Assembly: GCA_046290465.1 (NCBI GenBank)
Contig: JBKAGP010000001.1
Location: forward strand, 3,968,001 to 4,032,000
From: Planctomycetota bacterium
GTDB taxonomy: Bacteria; Planctomycetota; UBA1135; UBA2386
Direction of reading: 5' to 3'
DNA length: 64,000 nucleotides
Under the pieces are notes generated by a model. It worked only from the letters and a program-made list of their open reading frames with translations. It ran no database searches and was not told where the DNA came from. The position numbers were made by a program, and so were the translations under genes. Of this stretch, positions 11,626 to 21,839 are shown piece after piece (the first letter of the stretch is position 1; each line of letters starts with the position of its first letter).

Positions 11626-11760
11626 CGCGTCGCTATCTCGGAGGTCCTTAGCCAGGGGCTATGGTCGTCGCGAGCTTCCACTCCGCGGTTCATCGCCGAC
11701 ATCAGCATCACGCAGACGTTATGTTTGTGCGCGAGCTGCTTCAGGCGGACGGCGATCTCC
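11626..11760 (-). pseudogene. DnaB-like helicase C-terminal fragment
   Basis: EIAVRLKQLAHKHNVCVMLMSAMNRGVEARDD, then after a 1-nt shift KDLRDSDAL; resembles DnaB LKxLA..LSQLNR..DLRESG. Confidence 0.55.
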
Positions 11761-12168
11761 TACTGCTCAAGGCGCATCACGTGATGCAGAAGGCGACGGC
11801 CCCATCCCTCGGGATGAGGCCGTTTACGGATGACCGGCCCGCGACCCCTGGCTTGGGCTGAGTTGGCAGACCGGTGGTCGTGGACGATTTCGGCGACCAG
11901 CTGATGCGTGTTCGGATCACTCCCTTCCCCGCATGAGAACAGCCGAGCAGCGGCTCAAGGCGACGGCCACACCAGGGCTTCACGGCTTGGGCACTGGCAG
12001 TCGCAATACAGCTGCCTCGACATCGCGCAGGTGTGGAAACGCGCGGCGATCGCAGCGCATGGGATCGCGACGTGGTGTCGAGGTGCTGTTTTCCTTGCGG
12101 TGCGTGCCGGCGGACGCCGGACGGCTGTCCACCAGCGCCGGGTCACCGCATGCGTCGGGCTTCTTCAG

Positions 12169-13830
12169 TTAGTCCTCGACGAGGTCGAGGACCCAGACCT
12201 GGTTGCGATCGACGGCGTTGAGCGGCCGCAGTTCGAGCGTCGTGCCGATGGTCGGTGCTCCGCTGGTCGCGGCCGACAGGTAGAGCTTCGGCGTCGTACC
12301 TTCCAGATAGACCCGGATGACGGTCGGTCCGGTGACTTCCTCGACGCGCCACTTCTGCTGACCCGGGTTGGAGCTCGGGAGCGGCGCTCCCATGCCGGCC
12401 GGCGTGCCAGTCGTAGGAGTTGCGGCCGAGCTAGCCAGATAGAGCCAGATGTTCTGGTCGCGCGCGGCTCGCTGGATGAACAGGTGCTCGGCGTTGTCGA
12501 GCCGGTCCTGCAGGTGCCATTCGAACTCGCCGCCGCCGGCAACGCTGTCGAGGTAGACGGTGTCGCTGGGCTCCCACGTGCCGTTGGTGCCAGCATCGGC
12601 GCGCATCGCCAGCGACGAGTTGAGGCTCGACAGCAGGCGGATGCGCCGGTTGTTCGTGCCGCCACGCGTCAGGTTGTTGGTCGCGGCGTTGTTGTCGATG
12701 ATCGTGACGGTCGCGTAGTCGCCGCCGTCGTGGGCGATGAACGAGCCGCCGTTGTCATGTGCGCCGTTCCACCGGATCAGGCCGTTGGTCGAGTTGTCGG
12801 CCGGGCAGTTGATGCTGTCGTTGGCGTCCAGAAGGATCGCGTGGCGTAGCTTGTTGCTGAACAGGTTGTTCGTGACCGTGAAGTTGTCGACGGCCGTGAG
12901 GTTGATGCCGTCGTCGCTCAGGCCCTCCAGGAAGTTGCCGGTGATCGTGATGTCGTCCGAGCACTTGATGTGGAACCCGTCGCCGTTGAGCGAGCGCCAC
13001 CAGCCAGAGGGGATCAGCGCCTGGCACTGGTCGATCTCGAGGCCAGAGCAGCCTTCGGCGTTCACGAACATCGAGCCGGCGGCGTAGCACTTGACGTTCC
13101 GAATGATGGTGTCGTCGCTGTTGCGAATCTGGATCGCGTTGCCGCCTTCGCGGTAGTGGTAGGTGAATCGGTCACCGACCGCGAACTCCGATACGGGGCC
13201 GAAGTTGGGGTCGAGCGCGAAGGTGTAGACGTCGTTTCCGATCGGCTGCACCGACGTGAACCTGTGGTGCGGGCGCGTGCCGTCCTTTGGTCGCCCCGGG
13301 ATGCTCGGATCGAGTAGCCAGCCCCATCGATTCGTAATCGAGGACGGGAACTGGTCGGGCTTCAGGCCGCGCAGGAACTTGATGTCGATGTCCAGGCCCG
13401 TGACGCTCTGCACCGTACCTTCCATGAAGGGGCGCGGGGTGCGGTCGAAAGTGAGGTCTTGGATCACGACCTTGTTGGACGTCCGGATACCGAGCGTCTG
13501 CCCTTCCTTGAGGCCGTGCAGCAGCGTCGCGCCGTTCCCCGCGAGGATCATCTGATCCGTGTTGGTTGTCATGCCGCGCACCTGCAGGGTGAACGGGCCG
13601 AGATCCGGGTAGGACTTCAGCGTGTAGACCTTGGACTGGAAGTTGACGATCGCGGCTCCGGCATTCGGGTTCGCGACGAGCCAGGCTTCAGCCGAGTCGA
13701 GGACCGCCTGGATGGCCGGTGCGTCGTCGGACCCGCTTGGCGCGGGGACCGGGAAGACCATCTGGCTGGCGACGGTCGAGGCCAGCAGAGTCGAGGCGGC
13801 GAGTGATGCGAGGAAGCGGTGGCTCTTCAT
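12169..13830 (-). CDS. Secreted right-handed beta-helix protein (pectin-lyase fold, GH110-like) with extra C-terminal domain
   Basis: Signal peptide, DDAPAIQAVLD, SLNGDGFHIKCS..GLSDDGINL, Asn/Thr-rich repeats. Confidence 0.75.
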   Translation of the reverse strand: MKSHRFLASLAASTLLASTVASQMVFPVPAPSGSDDAPAIQAVLDSAEAWLVANPNAGAAIVNFQSKVYTLKSYPDLGPFTLQVRGMTTNTDQMILAGNGATLLHGLKEGQTLGIRTSNKVVIQDLTFDRTPRPFMEGTVQSVTGLDIDIKFLRGLKPDQFPSSITNRWGWLLDPSIPGRPKDGTRPHHRFTSVQPIGNDVYTFALDPNFGPVSEFAVGDRFTYHYREGGNAIQIRNSDDTIIRNVKCYAAGSMFVNAEGCSGLEIDQCQALIPSGWWRSLNGDGFHIKCSDDITITGNFLEGLSDDGINLTAVDNFTVTNNLFSNKLRHAILLDANDSINCPADNSTNGLIRWNGAHDNGGSFIAHDGGDYATVTIIDNNAATNNLTRGGTNNRRIRLLSSLNSSLAMRADAGTNGTWEPSDTVYLDSVAGGGEFEWHLQDRLDNAEHLFIQRAARDQNIWLYLASSAATPTTGTPAGMGAPLPSSNPGQQKWRVEEVTGPTVIRVYLEGTTPKLYLSAATSGAPTIGTTLELRPLNAVDRNQVWVLDLVED

Positions 13831-14420
13831 GAGTACGGTATCGGTGCTGTGGCGCAGTGCGCTGCGCGTTGATGGGTGCGGAAGCGTTGAGTTGATGGCT
13901 CCGGTCCGACCGAAGGCGTCCGTGTAACGCTTCCACCTGGCCGGCGGGGCGCCCTCATGGCCCGCGCGTTACGCGATTTCCCGAGAGCGGGCGATGGCCG
14001 ACTTGAACGATCGTCTGCGCGTGCGTGAGAGCGGCAGCGCGGCCTACGTGAAGATGTGACGACGTGGTCACAGCCCGGCTACACGTTCTGAACAGCTCGC
14101 GCGAGCTTCGACCTTGGGAACAAGCGGTGCTCGCGTGCGTCGATGCACCAGCCTGGCAGGTCGTCTTCGCCACGGTTTCCGACCGATGCGAAGCGCCGCC
14201 AGAACGAGCGCGCTCGAGCTGCTCGGCAGATCGTTGTACAAGCTCTACCCACGGCTCCGACAGCGAGCCATGGAGCTGGTCCAGGAATACCTGCGTGTGA
14301 TCGCAATGCTGGCTCGTCAGGCGGTAGCAGGGCAACGGATCACGGATCCGAACCTGACGAGTGCGCTCGCGTCGCAGGCTACAAGCAGCGAAGCCCAGCC
14401 GAGCAGCGGCGAATCGGGCA

Positions 14421-15158
14421 TCAGCTGCGAGTGCTCGCCGCGGTCGCCTCCGAACTCGCTGCCATCAGCTCTCGCATGGCTTCGCCGACATCGCGACCCA
14501 GGAAGTTGTCGAAGAGCAGCTCCATGCCTGACTCGATCAGGGCTGCCTCCCGAAGCACGTCATCATCCGGCAGTAGTCCCTGCTGCTGCCAGCGGTCCGC
14601 CGCTTCCGCCAGACGCACGGCCCACTCCTGGTCGCCGACGGGTAGCCGCTCGCGTAGCCGAGCGGCGCGCTCAAGCAGACTCGTGGCTTCCACTTCGTAA
14701 GGCGGGCGCACGAGCCGCTGCGGGAAACCGAGCAAGTGCAGCCCCACACTACCGTAGTCGGGGATCTCCGGATCCCAGTCTTGAAAGAGCGGCCGCGTCA
14801 CGTCGCTGCCCGACTTCGCAAAGGCCTGGAGTGCGTAGCGCGCGCCCCACCGGACCATACCATCGCCGAACACCGCCTCGTTGTACAGCTCGTCGCACAG
14901 AGGGTCTGGTCTGGGCACTCGTGCGTCGATCGCAGCCTGGATACTCGCCGCCCAATCGATCATGCCGTTGTCGTCGAAGACACATTCGAAGCCTTGACGT
15001 GCACGGGAAACGACGGCGTAGGCAAGGCGATCATCCTCAGGCAACCGCCCTGAGGACGCGAAGGTCTCGAACGCGGCCCTTACGACCTGGTGTGGCAAGG
15101 GTCGCGATCTCAGCAGACCCTCAACGCGAGTCAACCGCTGCATTCTCTGCTTGTTCAT
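14421..15158 (-). CDS. Hypothetical protein (245 aa)
   Basis: ATGA overlap with the upstream gene; third gene of the methyltransferase operon. Confidence 0.7.
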   Translation of the reverse strand: MNKQRMQRLTRVEGLLRSRPLPHQVVRAAFETFASSGRLPEDDRLAYAVVSRARQGFECVFDDNGMIDWAASIQAAIDARVPRPDPLCDELYNEAVFGDGMVRWGARYALQAFAKSGSDVTRPLFQDWDPEIPDYGSVGLHLLGFPQRLVRPPYEVEATSLLERAARLRERLPVGDQEWAVRLAEAADRWQQQGLLPDDDVLREAALIESGMELLFDNFLGRDVGEAMRELMAASSEATAASTRS

Positions 15159-15643
15159 GCCTGCCTCCGCGGCTCGCTCGCCATCTCCGCGGCTTGCTCA
15201 ACGCGAGCCAGCCGCTCTTCAATCTCGGTAGCCTCGATGGCGCGTAGTCGTGCCTGAATTGCGTCCACAAGCAGCTGGGCTGACTCCCGCTCGACACTGC
15301 CAGCACAGATCGCGTTGATCACCACTTCCGTCGCACTGTGGCAATCCTGGATCGTTCGGAGGCGCGGCATGTCGAAGCGCACCGGCTCGGGTTCCGACGG
15401 CGTGTCGGTCGGGCGCCCGATAACGCGGTCGCTGACGAACCGCATCGCCTGCACGTCGCCCTTGAGGGCCATGTGCAGCGCCTTGCGGATCATGGCCTGG
15501 ATGTGCTCGGGCGTGACCGCCTCCTCGGCGGCCCGCCGCAGCTCGTGAGCTCGTTTGCGCGCACCCCCAGGCCCACCGGTGTTGCCGGTGGCGAAGCGGC
15601 CGCGCTCGTCGCGCGCGGGCGTCGAGTCCCGCTGCTCAGCCAT
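15155..15643 (-). CDS. DUF5681-like protein (phage/element associated)
   Basis: RDERGRFATGNTGGPG N-terminus; ALKGDVQAMRFVSDRVIGRP. Confidence 0.65.
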   Translation of the reverse strand: MAEQRDSTPARDERGRFATGNTGGPGGARKRAHELRRAAEEAVTPEHIQAMIRKALHMALKGDVQAMRFVSDRVIGRPTDTPSEPEPVRFDMPRLRTIQDCHSATEVVINAICAGSVERESAQLLVDAIQARLRAIEATEIEERLARVEQAAEMASEPRRQA

Positions 15644-16931
15644 CCGCCGACGTCTCCGGTTCGTGGCCGCGCTTGACGGCAATCTCGGCGAAGGTGGAGG
15701 ACGTGCCGTCGAGCATCGCCTGCTGGCCCGTCGCCTTCTCCCAGCGCCGGATCGCAACGTCAACGAACGGCGGGCTGATCTCCATCGCACGGCAGTGGCG
15801 GCCGGTCTTCTCGGCGGCGATCAGCTGCGAACCGCTGCCGCTGAATGGCTCGTAGACGATGTCGCCGGGCTTCGTGTGCTTGCGGATCGGGCGCTCGAAC
15901 AGCTCTGTGGGCTTTGCGGTCGGGTGCTCGGCACCGGTGCTGCGCGCTTTGCCGTCGAAGTCGACTTCCCAGACCGAGTCATGGCCGTGTACGCCGTCGT
16001 GCTCGGGCTGGTCGCCCTTCCGCCACCCCATGACGCAAGGCTCGTGGCGGAAGTGCCAGTAGACACGGCCGAACACCGATGACGGCTTGACCCAGATGAT
16101 CTGCTGGTGGTCCAGGATGCCGAGCTCGCGCCAGATGCGCTGCAGATCGCCGCTGCGCTTGTGTGCGTGCCAGCAGTAGATGGCGGCCTTCGGGCCGAGC
16201 ACGTCGAGCACGTTGGCGAACACCGCACGGAAGAACGCCTCCGGGTCCTTGATCGACACCTCGTCGTAGCGATCGCTCCAGTCCTTACCGGAGTCATTGG
16301 GGCGCTCGCCGGTGTAGTCGACGCAGTAGGGCGGATCGGTCGCGACGAGCGCGGCCTTGGCGCAGTCCATGAGCCGCTCGACATCCGCCGGCTTGGTGGA
16401 GTCTCCGCAGAGCAGGCGGTGGTCACCAAGCACCCAGAGGTCGCCGAGCTCGGCGACGGCCTCGACTGGCGGAGCCTCTGGTCCTTCGTCATCGAGATCG
16501 CGGTCGACTTCTTCCTGCTCGCGGAGCTCCGCGGCGAGGCGGTCGATGTCGTCCGTATCGAACCCGATGCCGTCGAGCGCGTCCTCCTCGCGGAGTTGCT
16601 CGAGGAGCTTCGACAGGGCGGCGTCATCCCACTCGGCGAACTCGCCCGTTCGGTTATCGGCGATCGCGAAAGCCGTGGCATCTAGGTCGGTGCCGTCGAA
16701 CCACCAGACCGGCACCTTGGTCATCCCGAGACTCTGGGCGGCCTTCAGGCGCGTGTTTCCGGCGATGACCTCGCCGTCGCGCTTCGCGACGATGGGTTGC
16801 TGCCAGCCGAAGCGGCGGATGCTGGCCGCTACCTTCGGGACGGCGTCGTCGTTGTGACGCGGGTTGGTCGGGGAGCAGTAGAGCCGGTCGATTTCGACGG
16901 TCTCGATCGGCGGGGCGGTAGAGCTGTCCAT
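15636..16931 (-). CDS. ParB/Srx-domain DNA methyltransferase (N6-A/N4-C, beta motif order)
   Basis: NPRHN..SIRRFGWQQPIV..IAGNTRLKAA (ParB); HRLLCGDS, TDPPY, HPTAKP, EPFSGSGS. Confidence 0.92.
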   Translation of the reverse strand: MDSSTAPPIETVEIDRLYCSPTNPRHNDDAVPKVAASIRRFGWQQPIVAKRDGEVIAGNTRLKAAQSLGMTKVPVWWFDGTDLDATAFAIADNRTGEFAEWDDAALSKLLEQLREEDALDGIGFDTDDIDRLAAELREQEEVDRDLDDEGPEAPPVEAVAELGDLWVLGDHRLLCGDSTKPADVERLMDCAKAALVATDPPYCVDYTGERPNDSGKDWSDRYDEVSIKDPEAFFRAVFANVLDVLGPKAAIYCWHAHKRSGDLQRIWRELGILDHQQIIWVKPSSVFGRVYWHFRHEPCVMGWRKGDQPEHDGVHGHDSVWEVDFDGKARSTGAEHPTAKPTELFERPIRKHTKPGDIVYEPFSGSGSQLIAAEKTGRHCRAMEISPPFVDVAIRRWEKATGQQAMLDGTSSTFAEIAVKRGHEPETSADG

Positions 16932-17119
16932 GCACATTCCTCATCAGGGTTGAGAGCCATTGGAGGTGTGCTTGGACTCAGGCTCGACCGCAGCATACTA
17001 CCACAGCAATGGACATGGCAGGTGCTGGCGACGTGCTGGGCAGGCTGGTGACGGGCAAGCGTCGACCGATCACGTACTACCTCGACCCTTCGGCATACAA
17101 CGAACTGAGCCACCAACCT

Positions 17120-17350
17120 GGCCGACCGGATCTCGTCGACAAGATGCGTCGTAGCCGCTTGCGCGGGCACGTGGTGACCTACGCCGGCAGATATATCTTG
17201 CGACGAGAAGCCGCAGATCCTGGCTTTGGACCGCACGCAGCCGTCGCCGCCGCTCCGCAGCCGCACGACCAAGACGATCATGCATGACTACAAGCGAAAC
17301 GGGGCATCCACCCTGTTCGCCGCGCTCAACGCAGCGACGGGTCACGTCTT
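17120..17350 (+). mobile_element. IS630-family transposase remnant
   Basis: DEKPQILALDRTQP..TIMHDYKRNGASTLFAALNAATGHV. Confidence 0.8.
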
Positions 17351-17474
17351 CCCGCCGGTCCGGCGACCTGCCGCCAGCCAAATTCTGCCCCTTGACAGCC
17401 GTGCAACCGCCCGTACGATGTGAGGCAAGGGAGGCGATACCAACTAGCGATCGCTAGGACGAGGACAAGGATCG

Positions 17475-17966
17475 ATGAAGACAATCGCAATACTGTTCGG
17501 GTTGCTTGCTGCCACTTTCGCTTGGCGAGGCTGGTCAGACACTGATTGCGCTACGGCTTGCGCGTGCTTGGCCGAGGCCTACTGGGAGCAAGTCGTATCT
17601 CCAGACGCGTGCTTAGATTTCGACGTCCACTATGGCACGGCGATACCTGGCTGTTGCCCGATAGAGACGCAACTCGACTGCCCGCAAGCTGGTTGCGCGT
17701 ATCAGTTTCATCTGTATGAGGTGACGAACAACTGCGAATGCACCGTCGTCGCCGCGCTTCCCGGCTTCGGTGGGTTCGATACGCCCTTGGGTCACGGCGA
17801 GACGGGCCCAATCGGCGGCGGCTTTGCACTGGTCGCCTGCCCAGACACTGACTACTTCAGCATGGGCCTCTACTGCGCAGGCGCCGTCTTACCCGGCGGC
17901 TATCTCTCCTACGCTACTGGGCACCACCCGTGCCACAACACCGACAACCAGTGTGTTGAACCATGA
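17475..17966 (+). CDS. Secreted Cys-rich protein (163 aa, 14 Cys)
   Basis: RBS-like GAGGA, signal peptide MKTIAILFGLLAATFA, 14 cysteines. Confidence 0.75.
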   Translation: MKTIAILFGLLAATFAWRGWSDTDCATACACLAEAYWEQVVSPDACLDFDVHYGTAIPGCCPIETQLDCPQAGCAYQFHLYEVTNNCECTVVAALPGFGGFDTPLGHGETGPIGGGFALVACPDTDYFSMGLYCAGAVLPGGYLSYATGHHPCHNTDNQCVEP

Positions 17967-18805
17967 GAGTCACCGCATTAGTCGCGGCGGCAGCGACAGC
18001 TTCCTTTGTCGCCGTAGCATTGCTAATCGATCGCGGTTCCGAGAAGCCCCGGGCAGACTCATATGAAGAGGCGCCGCCCTCGCCCAGAAGTGAGGACCCA
18101 ACCCCTGGGTCGCTCAATCCTGGTGACGCCCAAGAGATCCCGAATCGCCACGGGCTGCCCCCTCAGCCGCTCAACGACACCAGCACGGATTCAAGCGAGA
18201 GAGAAGCTGCATTGTTCGCGACTCTGGCGCGCCTGGAAGAACGGGCGGCCAAGGCCCGACAGGCGATGCAGGCCGCCGGCCTACCTGAGGAATATCTTGA
18301 CAACATGATTTCGTACGACAAGCACTTAATTGCAGCGATGAAGATCCGCGCAGGGAACTATGATGAGGTCAAGGACCCGATCGGCGGCGGCTTGTTCGGA
18401 ACGCCCGACACCTGCTACTCAGCATACCAGTCCGGTGATCGCCACCTGAGGATCCGCTACACTCGCGCCGAAAGCCCCCAGCTATTTGAGGCGATCGATG
18501 CTCGCTTGTCCCTGAGTCAAGACGGCTGGGACGAGGCCGTTGAGGAGTTCAACAAGCTCCCGGAGCACGAGCGCACGCTTCGAATCTCAGAGAATGAGCG
18601 AATTGAAGGACTCCTAGGCTCGCTCGATGCAGAACTGGCCAAGCATAAGGCGGGGTCACATGAGTGGCACGACGTTTCCGCCAAGCGCATGGATCTACGA
18701 CGGCGGAAGAGCTTGCAGGGACTACCATTCTTCATGCGGCGCGACGGCGACACTAACCGCGTCAGCAGAGCCCTCAACTTGCGCAGGACGGCACTCAAAA
18801 AGTGA
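17963..18805 (+). CDS. Membrane-anchored hypothetical protein (280 aa)
   Basis: ATGA overlap; N-terminal hydrophobic anchor and Pro-rich linker. Confidence 0.7.
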   Translation: MRVTALVAAAATASFVAVALLIDRGSEKPRADSYEEAPPSPRSEDPTPGSLNPGDAQEIPNRHGLPPQPLNDTSTDSSEREAALFATLARLEERAAKARQAMQAAGLPEEYLDNMISYDKHLIAAMKIRAGNYDEVKDPIGGGLFGTPDTCYSAYQSGDRHLRIRYTRAESPQLFEAIDARLSLSQDGWDEAVEEFNKLPEHERTLRISENERIEGLLGSLDAELAKHKAGSHEWHDVSAKRMDLRRRKSLQGLPFFMRRDGDTNRVSRALNLRRTALKK

Positions 18806-19188
18806 GCCCTGCTCGCGATCGCACTTGCCGACATGCTTCAGTGCCGACACTGCGCGGCGCTCTCATAGGTGGGCTAGCTGCCGTATTGTGGTCCAAGCTA
18901 GCCGGAGGTGTGTCGGGTTACGGATGGCTCGCTGTCGCATTCGAAGCATCGCTAATGGCAACCCTCCTAGTTGGGCGACTATATCTCGCAGGCGGACTGG
19001 CCACTGCCGCAGGAATCACCGCGCTGGCCTGGTCTTTCGTGATGCCCGACACGTATTGCAATTGCCTCGGTGAGGCATCCTCTAGCAGTCTTGACCTGAG
19101 AAGAGCCCTCGCCAGTGCTGCGGCAGGCTTAGGACTTCTGTTGATTCACCAGACGCGGGTAACTCACCAGGGCGTTGCGCGGGTGTGA
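18802..19188 (+). CDS. MauE/DoxX-like membrane protein, possibly 5'-degenerate
   Basis: GTGA overlap; several TM helices; CNCLG resembles the MauE CGCFG motif. Confidence 0.5.
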   Translation: MSPARDRTCRHASVPTLRGALIGGLAAVLWSKLAGGVSGYGWLAVAFEASLMATLLVGRLYLAGGLATAAGITALAWSFVMPDTYCNCLGEASSSSLDLRRALASAAAGLGLLLIHQTRVTHQGVARV

Positions 19189-19306
19189 TGGCATCGATCG
19201 GGCGGCGCATGATGGAGCCGTGCGGGCCGCGCCAAGGCGCCTGGGGACCGCCCGCCCTTGGCCTATCCTGTACTACACGCGCCGATCGCCCCGATCCGAG
19301 TAAACC

Positions 19307-20332
19307 ATGCAACACATCACCGCTACAGCTACGCTGTGGTCGCTCATAACGGCATCTGCGACCGCACTTGCCCAGAGCCCCATCGTCTACAACGCAGCGC
19401 GCGGCACACTTCCATCCGCGCAGTGCTTCCAAGTCCTGGGCGACCCGTCTCTGATGAGCTTGTCCGCCGGAGAGCTTCGAATCGAAACCGGCCCGAACAG
19501 CGATCAAAGCTACTTCCAACGCAACGACTTCGTGATCGACTTCGATGCAGGATTCGAAGCGTCCGCAGCCATCCGAATCGCGCGATCGACCGAGCTGACG
19601 CTCCCCGGTGGGCAGATCCGCTACGGGGTGCAGATGCAAGCGGTCGACGAGGATGGCAGCGTGTTCGTGGCGATGTTCAGCGAGAACACTGTGGCGATCT
19701 TGACGAGCCCTAACGACCCGGTAACTACAGCCAACACGACTACTGCTCCGGTTCCCCTGGTCGACCGATCGGTTGCAGTGAGAATGACTGCGGATTCGAC
19801 AACGCTACGCGTCTTCATCGACGGCGTGATCGTTGCGAGTCATCCCAAGGGTCCAGATTTCCCGGCCTTTGGGCGGCAGTTCTACTTCGGCGATGGCACG
19901 CTGTCGGGCTCGGCTGACGTGCACATCAGTCAACTCCGCGCAAGCGGCAACACTCCGTCCTGCACTCCGACGAGCGTCGCGCACGTCGCCTCCGGCTGCA
20001 CCGGCCTTGGAACCCTTGCCGTCTCCGGCCTCCTGCAACCGGGCCAGTCGTCGACGCAGACTTTCACGGTCCCGGGAACTGCATCCGATGGCATCCCGCT
20101 CATCTTCCTCGGGCCCTACGCAATGCAAACGCCGTACTGCTCCGGTTGCCGCTTCGGGTTCGACCCGATGACGGCTCTGGTAAGCCTCGGCGAGAACCTC
20201 AGCGTCACGTTTCCCGCTGCGGTGACCGGTCTTCCATACGCATTCCAGGGCGTACGGATCCTGGGCTCTCCAGGGCCATGCTCAACTCCTCTGGTGCACC
20301 AGGTGACAGATGTTTGCGTCGTGACACTATGA
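19307..20332 (+). CDS. Secreted beta-sandwich (LamG/ConA-like) protein with C-terminal domain
   Basis: Signal peptide ending ATALA-Q; LRVFIDG..FGDGT; C-terminal SGC..AFQG domain. Confidence 0.7.
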   Translation: MQHITATATLWSLITASATALAQSPIVYNAARGTLPSAQCFQVLGDPSLMSLSAGELRIETGPNSDQSYFQRNDFVIDFDAGFEASAAIRIARSTELTLPGGQIRYGVQMQAVDEDGSVFVAMFSENTVAILTSPNDPVTTANTTTAPVPLVDRSVAVRMTADSTTLRVFIDGVIVASHPKGPDFPAFGRQFYFGDGTLSGSADVHISQLRASGNTPSCTPTSVAHVASGCTGLGTLAVSGLLQPGQSSTQTFTVPGTASDGIPLIFLGPYAMQTPYCSGCRFGFDPMTALVSLGENLSVTFPAAVTGLPYAFQGVRILGSPGPCSTPLVHQVTDVCVVTL

Positions 20333-20783
20333 TGTCGAGGCGGCCGACGCGCTCCTTCTGCGGGCCGCGTGGCCGACGTCTCTTGAAGCGAAACGCGATC
20401 GAGTATCCGGATACCACGCAACTGCATGGCCTCGCCAACGCAGCCGAAGCAGACCGACGTGCAGCTGGTGATGCATCGACTCGACGCGCTGGAGCGCGAG
20501 TCCGCGAACTGCGCCAGCAGCCCACGGACGGAAGTGACAGACGAGGCGCTCCCGCCTACCAGCCAATGTCCACGTCGGTGTTGCCGCCGCCGTGCACGAT
20601 GCGCAGCCACAGGTCGTTGCCGTTCACCGCGTAGCCGGTCGTCGCCAACGATAGCCGTCGACCTCGAACGCGTAGTCAACCGACACCGACCGATAGCCCG
20701 CGAACGGCGGCGCCATCGGAGGCGCTCGAAACTGCGTATTGCGAGCGTCGGCTCGCCGCCTTCTCGACAGCAAGGCCGACGCC

Positions 20784-21527
20784 TCAGCCCCCTTGTGTGT
20801 GACTGGTCATCGCCGAGAGTACCATCTCGAACAGCTCCTGCGGCCTATTTGTGGCCCCCCATCCACCTCGCTCCTTCGCCTCACGCTTGTGCTCCGGTGC
20901 ATTCGACCCGGAGTAGATAACGAAGGGCGGGTAGGATCCACGTGCCTTCAGAGCCTCAAGGAGCGTGTAGCCCGCGCTGGAATCCGGCGGTCGCCCCATG
21001 TCCGAGATGATCGCATCGAATGAATCGTGCTCTAACCTATTTAGAGCGTCTTCGGTGGACGTACTGAGGGTGAATCGGATTCCCAATGCCTCAAGGGCCC
21101 TACGCTCGTAGGTATTGTTCGGCGGCCGGTCATCGACCCAGAGAATCGATTTCCCGCGAAGACGATGATCTCGCGAGGCTGTCGTGACGGATTCTGCGAT
21201 CTTACGGGTTCGCCTCTCACGCAAGTCCTCGCCGGGTTCGCCGGCTGGATGAGCGCCTTCGGCGACTCCGAGAGCCGCAGCAGCTTCGACCTGTTTGATC
21301 GTGATGCCATCCTTGTTGAGCGCGAACTCGGTCATGCGATGCCCGAAGAGAGCGAACAGCGCCAGACCACTTAGGAGAACTTGCATCCAGGAGATGAGCG
21401 ACTCCCGCCGCATCGAAGCGCCGTACAGGGCATCAGCAACAACTAGCGCGCCAATACAGGCAGCAGCTGTATACCCAGCTCTAGCAGAGTGCATATCTGA
21501 ACCCCAACAAGTCACATCCTCATTCAA
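20784..21527 (-). CDS. Membrane-anchored response-regulator receiver protein
   Basis: Two N-terminal TM segments; ILWVDDRPPNN, AIISDMGR, FVIYSG; no kinase nearby. Confidence 0.85.
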   Translation of the reverse strand: MNEDVTCWGSDMHSARAGYTAAACIGALVVADALYGASMRRESLISWMQVLLSGLALFALFGHRMTEFALNKDGITIKQVEAAAALGVAEGAHPAGEPGEDLRERRTRKIAESVTTASRDHRLRGKSILWVDDRPPNNTYERRALEALGIRFTLSTSTEDALNRLEHDSFDAIISDMGRPPDSSAGYTLLEALKARGSYPPFVIYSGSNAPEHKREAKERGGWGATNRPQELFEMVLSAMTSHTQGG

Positions 21528-21839
21528 AGCCTGAGCAAGTCACGATGCGTGCCGTGCTGCCAAGCGACATGTTCCGACATCCTGCACGACGAAATGCGTG
21601 GCTCGCCTCGCACCCTCGCCGGGCCTTTGGGAAGTAGGGCAAGCGCCGAGTGGCAGAGCCAGCCGCCGCCTCGGAACACGACTAGGAAAAGCACGCGGAT
21701 ACGAGAACACAACCTGCGCGCCGTGTAGCGGCACCCGTAGATGAGGCGGTGAGCATAGGAGAGCGACTCTCGGGAGCCGAGGGATCTCGGCGGACAGTAG
21801 CCGGCATAACCGATGTCGGCAAGCACCACCATAGCGCCG

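Noticed and set aside
11001..11711. Functional S8 protease
   Set aside because: No catalytic Ser region or signal peptide; the N-terminus is a DnaB-like fragment
15636..16931. Restriction-modification system
   Set aside because: No adjacent restriction endonuclease; the ParB fusion is typical of orphan phage-type methyltransferases
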